Sequence record: PV400809.1
Length of the DNA stretch: 64,000 nucleotides
Strand: one strand, 5' to 3'
Under the pieces are notes generated by a model. The model was not told where the DNA came from. It worked only from the letters and a program-made list of their open reading frames with translations, and searched no databases. Shown here in pieces: positions 28,943 through 37,700 of this stretch. The number at the start of each line of letters is the position of its first letter. The stretch's first letter is position 1. A program made the position numbers and the translations under genes.

Positions 28943-30214
28943 TTAACGTGTGAGTTTCTTGAAACGATAACGGGAATGGAGCAACTTACCTTCTCGTGCG
29001 CAAACGATAACGGTACGGGGATTGGCTCCGGTGATTCGGGTAACTGCATCAACGCCATACACAATCGACGTCTCCTGGGTTACCGAATCAAACATTTCAT
29101 ACACAGCTGTAGCAGGGTGCATCTTGCGCCGGATGCATTCCAGTTCGTATTCATTCAAATCAGGCCAAGGGGTCTCGTCAGACTCCCGCTTGAATTGAAG
29201 GTCTTTAAAGGCGGATCTCGGGTTGGTGTTACTCAGGGACGTCAGGATGCCTGTTGTCCCTACCTGTGTTGCTCTAGAGGCCTCCGCCAATGAATTATAC
29301 ACCGTGATTTCACCGGTGAAGACATTCCGGGCAAGGATCTTCTTACCCACAGGGGGTTTATAGTCCCAGATCTCTTGGAAGTCACGTTTATCTCCCTCCC
29401 GACGAAGAACGTACCTGTTCTTGTACACCGAGCGAGGACGTTTGAGCACCAGACCAATACACCAAGAATCCACCTCCATGGTTCTGGCAAACTCATTTTG
29501 ACTGACGTACTTAAAGACTTGACCTAATTCCCTGTCAAAAACCTCCAGGGGATTATTGTCCGCTCTCGCTTCTTGATTGTTGCACGCTTTGAAGGAGTTG
29601 TCCTTAGCGGTAACCCAAATCAAGTTAAAGAGCTTGAAGTTCATCTTGTTACCGTCATTATGATCGACCATTAGCTTGGGGTAGCCCTTAGGCGGCTTAC
29701 CGAAGGTCTCCGCCAGTAGCCGGTGGACATACTTGCGTTCATCCCCACTGACCACATCCAGTCGAACAAAGGGGTAGAAACTGTCCACAATGACCTTACC
29801 ACCCAGATACGGTGGGTAAAGATTCTTTCTAAGTGTTCGGTATACCACACCGTCTCGGTTGATTGCGTTGAGTTCAAACCCAGGGATGTAGTAGTACCCA
29901 GAGAGTTCAGGGTAAGGGATGCCCTCTTCAGGATAGACCAAGTAAAGGTTATCCGCTGCAAAGTTTTCTGCATCGTCATCCAGAAAACCTACTTTCACCT
30001 GTTCCCATTCAGAGATAGGAAGGTGGAACTTTCCTTCTCCATGGAGGATCATTAATCCCAGTTTGATCTTAACCAGTTCGTCTCCATCGCCCCGTGCGAT
30101 GAAGAACGTGTTCCCGTCTGCCATCCGATGGACCGGAACATCCGTCTTATCAGTGACATTGAAAACTGTGTTGGTTGTAGACAACACGTATTTCTTTCCA
30201 AAACACGTTAACAT
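28943..30214 (-). CDS. Intron-encoded HNH homing endonuclease (423 aa) with NUMOD-type DNA-binding repeats
   Basis: YVHRLLAETF...VDHNDGNKMNFKLFNLIWVTAKDN (HNH_3 pattern); repeated units such as RNVFTGEITVYNSLAEASRATQV. Confidence 0.9.
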   Translation of the reverse strand: MLTCFGKKYVLSTTNTVFNVTDKTDVPVHRMADGNTFFIARGDGDELVKIKLGLMILHGEGKFHLPISEWEQVKVGFLDDDAENFAADNLYLVYPEEGIPYPELSGYYYIPGFELNAINRDGVVYRTLRKNLYPPYLGGKVIVDSFYPFVRLDVVSGDERKYVHRLLAETFGKPPKGYPKLMVDHNDGNKMNFKLFNLIWVTAKDNSFKACNNQEARADNNPLEVFDRELGQVFKYVSQNEFARTMEVDSWCIGLVLKRPRSVYKNRYVLRREGDKRDFQEIWDYKPPVGKKILARNVFTGEITVYNSLAEASRATQVGTTGILTSLSNTNPRSAFKDLQFKRESDETPWPDLNEYELECIRRKMHPATAVYEMFDSVTQETSIVYGVDAVTRITGANPRTVIVCAREGKLLHSRYRFKKLTR

Positions 30215-30218
30215 CTTT

Positions 30219-30268
30219 ACAACTCCTTATGGTCGAATGCGAACACTTCCGCATACAATAGGAGTTGT
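30219..30268 (-). promoter_or_regulatory. RBS-sequestering hairpin of the HNH gene with an internal TATG
   Basis: ACAACTCCT (30268-30260) pairs with AGGAGTTGT (30227-30219), which contains the SD; TATG at 30255-30252 lies between the arms. Confidence 0.7.
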
Positions 30269-30299
30269 ATAGTGAGTTTATATCATGCATCACTATCTA

Positions 30300-31742
30300 A
30301 TCATGGTCACTGTCGAGCAAAGCTTCTCTAGAGGGGTCTACGGACATGGCATCGAAGTAATCGGGATGGACTTCACGTTTAGGGAACCGTTTACAGGTTT
30401 CCCGTACACCCCAATCAATCGGATTACGAATGACCCGCTGACTCGCATTGGTGGTGGTACGTAGGTTAACCTTAGCCGGGAAGATAGAGCCAATTCCCGT
30501 AATGGGATACCGGGTTTGTCCCGTAATCTGTTCTTCGATGACACTGTGGCAACTCAAGTAGAAGAGTTCCATGTAGGTGATAGGTTTCACCCATTTACGG
30601 TCTTTCCCTTGAGGGAGATCGTTGATGTCATGGAGAACACACACATCAGTCCCATCATCATAAATGAGGGCTAAGTATTTCCACTCAATGACAATGGGTT
30701 TACTCCGTAGGGAGGGATCAGCAAACCCGTTGAAGAGTTTCATTAACCCGGTGGCGGTGGTCCATTTCTCTACCACTTCAGGGGAGACTTCAGCGTATTC
30801 GTATTCCAGGGTCTTGGTATTCACCAGCTTAGCGGTTTGAGAGCTGGGGGTGAAGATGTTGGAGAGGTAACCGTTGGTTAACGCATTGATGCAGACATAA
30901 GGGAAGTTCAGTAGGGCTTGGTAGAGCCCCATGTCCGCAGAGTTAGGACCTACACCGTCGTCGAAGTCTAAACGTGTCCTGGAGACTTTACGGGCGGTAA
31001 TGACATTCCGGGTGCTGTTGTGAACCCCCCGGGTGGACATACGACGCTGGAGAACACCCCCTTTCCCTTGGAGTAAACCAAAGAGGTAATTATCCAATTC
31101 CAAGAAAGCATTCTGTACCCCCCACCGAACGGTATCGTAAAGGGGGTTCAGGGCATCTTCCTTATTCCCGAGGATCACCCTCACCCGGAACATTAAGGCG
31201 CGGTAGAATTCAGTGATCTCAGGTTCGGTATGGGAACCATCCGGATTGAATTGGATATCCCTGAGACCCGCGGGGATGACCAGGACCTTATCCGTTAACG
31301 CTGTCTTACGGAATTGGTTCGCCAGTTCTACCCGTTGTTTGCGTTTATGGGAGGGGGTCAGGGAGAAGACAGTTTCATCGAAGTGTTTCAGGAAGAAGGC
31401 GAAACCCTTTTCCCCTTCCAGGATGTTCGATTTTATGAAATCCTTCAATTCGGGATCCCATACCGCGTATTCCGATCCTTTCAAAATTGAATGATACAGA
31501 CTTTTGATCTGTATAAGGGCTTTTAGGTAAGTGGGATTGAAGATGGGAAGTTTAACGTCGATATACGCTTCCGTGTTATCGCGTTGTTTACTACCCAGTT
31601 TACCGAAGATGTCAAGGGAGAAGAGACCATCATCATTGAGGTTCTGAGTCATCCCTTCAAACGAGTCCGTAGACGTAATAGGTTTAAAGACACCCGGAAC
31701 AATCGTCCGGGGGTCTAAGAGGGTAATGTTAGTCGGTTTCAT
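30300..31742 (-). CDS. rpoC: vRNAP beta-prime middle part, exon 1 (481 aa; 541 aa spliced), phiKZ gp180-like
   Basis: GLFSLDIFG, VLVIPAGLRD, LLQGKGGVLQRRMSTRGV; ends LDSDHD immediately before the intron-derived TAG. Confidence 0.92.
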
Positions 31743-31772
31743 ACGGTTTCCTTATGCGGGAGTGCATTAACA

Positions 31773-34700
31773 ATGGCGGATAATACATTCGATGATTTCG
31801 ATTGGGGAGAGGATCCCTTTACTGGGGATATTGATTTCGATACCGATTTCGATGGGAAGAAACCGGGGTTCATTCGTTCGGTAGCAACCGGGTTTTTGTC
31901 AGGAGTAGTGAATCAGACAGTAGGGGACACCGATGCTCGGTTGAACACCCTGAAGATGGTCCTCCCTAAGACCTGGGGGACTGCCTTTACGACGGCGTCG
32001 GATATTAACCGTCGTCGGAGAGAGATCGTAGACGAACTTAAACGTGAAAGCTACGACGCAGTCGTGGACCTCCAATACTTGGCTAAACGGGGTGGTGATA
32101 AGTTAGGTAAAATAGCTCCTAATAAGATCACCGGGGGTGTGGCCAGTGGGCTGACTCGGTTTAGTCAGAATGACTTCAGCAGTTGGAAGCCGTATACGTC
32201 GTCGGCGAGTGACACCCCGTCCATGGAAAATGTGGACGAAAATGATGTGAAAGACCTGCTGGGGAGTGAAGACGCCAACTCCCTGTTAGAGCGGGAAACG
32301 GTCATTGGGGTGGGTGAAAGTATTACCGCCATGATGACCGAAGTAGGTGGCCGCACCATTGGGGGATTGAATACCCTGAACCTGAGTATTGGGCGGAGTA
32401 ACCAACTGCTGGAACAAATGGTGAATTACCAACGTAAAGTTCAATTGAGAAATGATACCCTCAAGGTGAACCTGTTGGCACGTTCCTATTTGACCAGCGC
32501 GAAGTTCTACAAGTTCATGGAAGCCAGTAATCACCGGATGATTGCTGAACTGAAGACCATTGCCCTGAACTCCGCTAAGAGTGATTACGAAAAGACCACC
32601 CACAGTCAAGCGATGCGTAAGAGCATTCGGGAATCGGTCTTCAATACGGTTAAAGGCTCCTTTGGAGGAATACGGGAGTTTATTAACGAGCGGTTCGGTA
32701 AGGATGCGCGAGGGGACGGAATCCGAGGTGCAGGTGACCTGATTGGTGCTATGCGCATGGCGGCGGAGATGTCGGAAGGCATGCCGCTCAACGTAGGGAC
32801 CATGGTGGGTAACGTTGCAGCCCAAATGTTCATTAGCAACCTCCCCCGGATGATCAATTCCCGGAAAGGGAAGGAATACGTTGCTAAGTTCAAGAAACAA
32901 TTCCCGGAACTGGGGAAATGGGCGGATAACGCGTACGCGCAACTCACGGACTTGGGTAACGTAGCGTCGTATAACCTCAGTAATGCGGAAGGGATGGTCA
33001 ATACCCTTTCGGAATACCACAACTGGGGATCCTCGTTTGACGAGGATGGGGACTACGAACAATACCTCAGTACGCTCCGTTCAGGTCAAAAGCCGTTGGG
33101 TAAAGTGGAATGGACGGTTATTAATACCCTGAAGAAAGGGGCGAATAAAGGCATGGCGGGGTTGTTGGATGAGATGTACCAACCCACCGGGAGTCGTTAC
33201 AGCCTAAAACGTCGGGGGTTAATGGATGCCCACGAACCGGAGATCTGGAACAAACAGTCCTCCCGTACCCTGAATGAAGTGATTCCCGAACTGCTCAGTC
33301 ACATTCACTTGTCGATTGAAAAGATCCGTACAGGGGATGATACCCTTAAAGCATCGAGTTATGACTACGTGCGGGGTAAGTTGGTCAGCCATAACCAAAA
33401 GGTAGCAGATACCTTTAACCGGGTGATGGATAAAGACCAATTCAAGTCCCAAGCGGATACGTCCCTTCGATTGGTGGATTCCATTGACCCCAATAAGGAA
33501 TTGTCCAACGAAGCCCGCCGTGTATTGGCGATGCAACTGGTTCAGAATGCGGATAAACGGAAAGGGTTCAGTCCGTACCTGTACATGAACTTGGAGACCA
33601 AAGGAGTTAACCGTCAGGTAGCGGATGAAATCCGGGAATTGTTCCAACGGAATTTTGATATTACCCCGGAAGCCTTTACGGCCTTTAAGGAGGGCAGTAC
33701 CCTGGACCGGGCGAGTGCTATTGCTCGTCTTCCCACAGAACAAGCCCGAGAACGCGCCGCTAAGTTAACGGAACAATCCAACCTCCTGGGTCGGTTTATG
33801 CCTGACATTGCCGAACGCGTCGATATGTTGCGTTCGTCCGGGTATTACAACGTCATGAAAGAAGCTGGCATCATCAAGTCTGAAAATGGCCACGATGAAG
33901 TCAATATGGACACCTTCCGGAACGTCCTCCAGTCCTTCATTGACAACCCTGACCGTGCTATGACGTATGACAACCCTCTGGAAGAAGCGGTGCGTAAGAC
34001 CCGTTCCTTTGGCAGACGAGGAAGAGGACGTCGAGACGCCGGAGGTGTGATTGCGGCTGAGAACGCTCAGTTGAATGAAACCCTTCAGGGTGTACGGGAA
34101 ACTTTGGATAAACTCGGGGCGCATATTGAGCAGGGAGGTGTAAGTCGTTCGGGTCTTACGGATCCGTCTTCTCTGTTCACCGCTCTGAACGACCAGGTGA
34201 CCCAAGGGAACAGCCTGCTGGGTAAACTGGTAGAACTGGGAGGGAACCGTAACGATATCCTCACCAAGATCTTGGAACGTCAACCCTACGAGAAAACCAC
34301 CCCTGAAGCTGAAGAGGTCATTCAACAACAGAAACGGAGTATTCTGGAACGGATTAAGAGTACGTCGTTTGGGGATCTGTTTAATAAGGGAATAGACAAA
34401 CTCCTGGATAACCAACCGTTGGTACTGGGTGGCTTACTGGGTGGATTGGCGGGTATGGCGATCTACAACCCGAAAGGCGCTGCGTTGGTAGGGGGTGGCT
34501 TGGCGCTAGGGATGGCGTATAACAAGTTGCGTGCCAGAGCGGCTGCTCGTCGAGCCGAGGACACGGAAGACCTGTACGAAGAAGGGTCCGATACCCCGAT
34601 CCTTGAATCCTTTAAACTCTTTAAGGGTGAGTATCTGGATATGCTCACCGGGAAGATCATTCAGGGGTGGGATCAGATTACCGGGAGTATTAAAGACCTG

Positions 34701-37700
34701 GCCAACGGAGCCGTTATTGGCGCTAGCCGCTTAGCGGGTAAACTCTTTACCGAAGACAACAAGGAAGTATTCCTTAAAGGCCTGAATAAGGTGCGGGATC
34801 TCTTTATGAAAGCCTTTAACTGGCTGGATCCCGTTAACCGAGTGAAAGGGCTTTGGGATAAAGCTCGTACACGTCTGTACCGGATGGATATTTACATTGA
34901 AGGTGAAGACGAACCGGTTTTGCTGGGGAGTCGCTTTGGTAAAGGTCAATACTTCAAACGGAGTGGCGACGGGTTCGTTGAACTCCAGGGATGGGATGAG
35001 ATCGATGGCCCGGTGTATGACAAGGAAGGGAATACCCTGATCACGGCTGAAGAATACGACCGTGGACTTAAAACCTCCATGGGGACCAGTATCAACAAGC
35101 TGGGTGCAGGGCTTAAACAAGCCGGACAGTTCGGGTTGGATCTCTTTGGTAAACTGAAAGACCGTGCGGGCGGGTATGCGAAAGGCATGGGGGGTCGGGT
35201 TAAGAATCCGTTCAGTACGGATCACTCTCCGGTGGTCAATTCCGTGGATCGGATCTATTACCTCCTCTTGAAACATTGGGGGTATAACTCACCGGATGGT
35301 AGCCCCAATCCCTTTACTCCTCCAGTACCAGGTTCCCAAGATGCCCCAGAGGGCCCTCCAGGGTCCCTAGGAGATCGAAACGATCTTACCCTCACCGAAG
35401 CCCTTATGGAAAAGAATCCAGCGCTTAAAGACGCCCTGGAGCGCTTTAGAGCCGCTAAAGGAAAAGCGGGTGCGGGGGACAACACCGATCGGTTCCGTCG
35501 GTCAGCGTCGACCAGTGATACCACCCGAGCTAACTCACTGGCCGACCGCACGCAAAAACTCCAGGAAGAGAAAGACAATACCGTTAAGAATGCCATCATC
35601 TCGATTGCTGAAAACTTCGGTTTCGGTATGAAGGATGAGAAAGAACTCGGTAAGAAGAAGAAGTTCGGTATCTTCGGTCTCCTGAGCAGTTTGGTAGGAG
35701 GTGTTAAGAAAGGCTTCGAGTGGTTGACCAGCTTCCTGGGTTCTAAGGTCCTCTGGAGCGGGTTCAGTGCATTGTTTAAGTTCGGTCGTATGGGACTTAA
35801 ACTGTTGCCGATTATCGCTAAGGGCGTCGCTGGTGGACTCGGTGGGTTATTGAATGGTCTGGGTGGACTCGGACGCTTGGGTAAACTGGGTGCAGGACGC
35901 GCCGGTTTGATTGGCGCAGGTGCATTGTCTGCGTACGAAATGTACCAGGTCGCTACTGACGAAGAAACGAAGAAACTCGATACCACCGACCAAATCCTTA
36001 AAGTGGGTAAAGCCGGTAATAGTCTTTACCAACAAGTGGGTGCCACTGCGGGCTTACTGGGTGGACAGACCATTGCGAAATGGATTCTGGAGAAGGTCAA
36101 AGGAAAGAGTCCCACTACGGATGCCCTGGGGTCTTCGATGTACAGTCCCTTTGGAGTGATGTTGGGGACTTCTAAATGGGGATGGGATTCCCTGTTTGGT
36201 TCAGGTAAGGGGAAACAAACTGAACTACGGATGGTTCAGTACGGTCTCTCAGATCCTCACGGTCCTCTGGCGGCTAAAATCCTCAACGTTGAGAACCTGC
36301 TAAAAGACCATGTGGTGATTGGAAATGGGCGTGCGTCGCTGTCTAAGCAAGCGCCTATTGAGGAAGTCCTTCGTCTCTTCGTGGGTGATCCTCAAGACCG
36401 TAATGAAATTGGTGAAGTCTTTACCTGGTTCAATGGACGGTTCAAACCCGTTTACTTGACCTACCTGGCCTGTTTGGATGCGGTTAAACTGAGGTCGTTG
36501 AAGGACTATGACGATTCGTCTGACTTAATCGTGTACAAAGTGGCTAAGCAAGCCCACAGTGCCCTCAGTGGGTTGGTGCCTTCCCCGTACCAGATCGTAG
36601 CTAAGATTGACAAGGAGACTCCTCTCCTTGATCAACAAATGACGATCATCCGGGTGGGTAACCTCCTGGAGGCTCTGAAGAAGTACGTCGGGGCTAAAGA
36701 TCCCACCATTGATCCCTTTGCCGTTTCTACGGTTAAAGGCCAAAGTCTGGAGTCCCTCCAGAAGGAACGGGTTCAACTGGAACGGAGGCTGGAAGACCGC
36801 AGTACTCAGTGGAAAGACTTCGGGGAGAAGATGGAGGCCACCGATCGCCTGAAGGAGGTTAAAGGTGAAATCGATCGGTTAGGGAAAGCGTATACCGCCA
36901 ATGCGGTTGTCGGTCAGATCTATATCCAAGACCTGATGCCAGATGGTAAAGCTCTGGATATGCTTACTGCTATCCGGGTGGCTACCTACGGGAATGATAA
37001 GGATGTCCCCTGGCGGGTCGAAGCTGTCCTCAAGTTGGAACGTCATTGTGAATCCCTGTTTATGGCGAAAGGGGATGACATGGTGTTCAAGGGCAACATA
37101 GGTGAACTCTTCGGTCGGTTCAAGGACGCCTTCCGGGTGGATGATCGGTACGTGGATGCCTGGTGCAAGTGGTTCAGGGATCGGTTCCTGCCGGTACTGA
37201 CCAACTACATGACCCTGATGAAGAAATACCGTCGGGGGCTACCGGGTGTGGTTTGGAGAACCCTTTCCGCCACCGCACGGTATGAGATCGCCAAGGAACT
37301 GACTCAAACCCAAGTCAATGGTGTCTTTGGCTTTACCATTTCAGTCTGGAACGTACGGGCGGCACCCTTCGCCTGGGAAACCTCTCCAGGGCGGTCGGAT
37401 AAAGTTGACAGGATGTTGAACCTCTTGGGGGAAGCGTCGGTAGAAGCTAAACTCAAAGACCCTGAATTGGAAGCGGGTAAGACCAACGCCCAAACCTGGG
37501 CTGAGAAAATCAGTCCTCACCGGGTAGGGGGTGGGTTCACCGACCAACAGGCGAATGTTTCTACCCCGGAACAGTTCCGGTCTCGGAGAGATTCTGCTCT
37601 AGGAGGGATGTACGGTACCTTTGGCGGAGACGCTGGGAATACGTACAGTAGTGACGGTCGGTTCAGAACCCCTGAGAATGCTTTTGGCTTCACGCCCATT

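Larger units (their letters stand above)
28528..30299 (-). mobile_element. Group I intron (1772 nt, IA2-like) in the vRNAP beta-prime catalytic motif
   Basis: 5' exon ends in U and intron ends in G. Core elements: P AAUUGCUGGGAG (28882-28871), Q AAUCAGCCGCUA (28746-28735), R GUUCAACGACUA (28701-28690), S AAGAUAUAGUC (28604-28594). GAAA-capped P2, extra stems between P7 and P3, P9 stems. Confidence 0.92.

Noticed and set aside
30297-30299. TAG after DSDHD read as a nonsense mutation, pseudogene or stop-codon recoding
   Set aside because: A full group I intron core and an in-frame exon 2 explain it, and other genes use TAG as a normal stop
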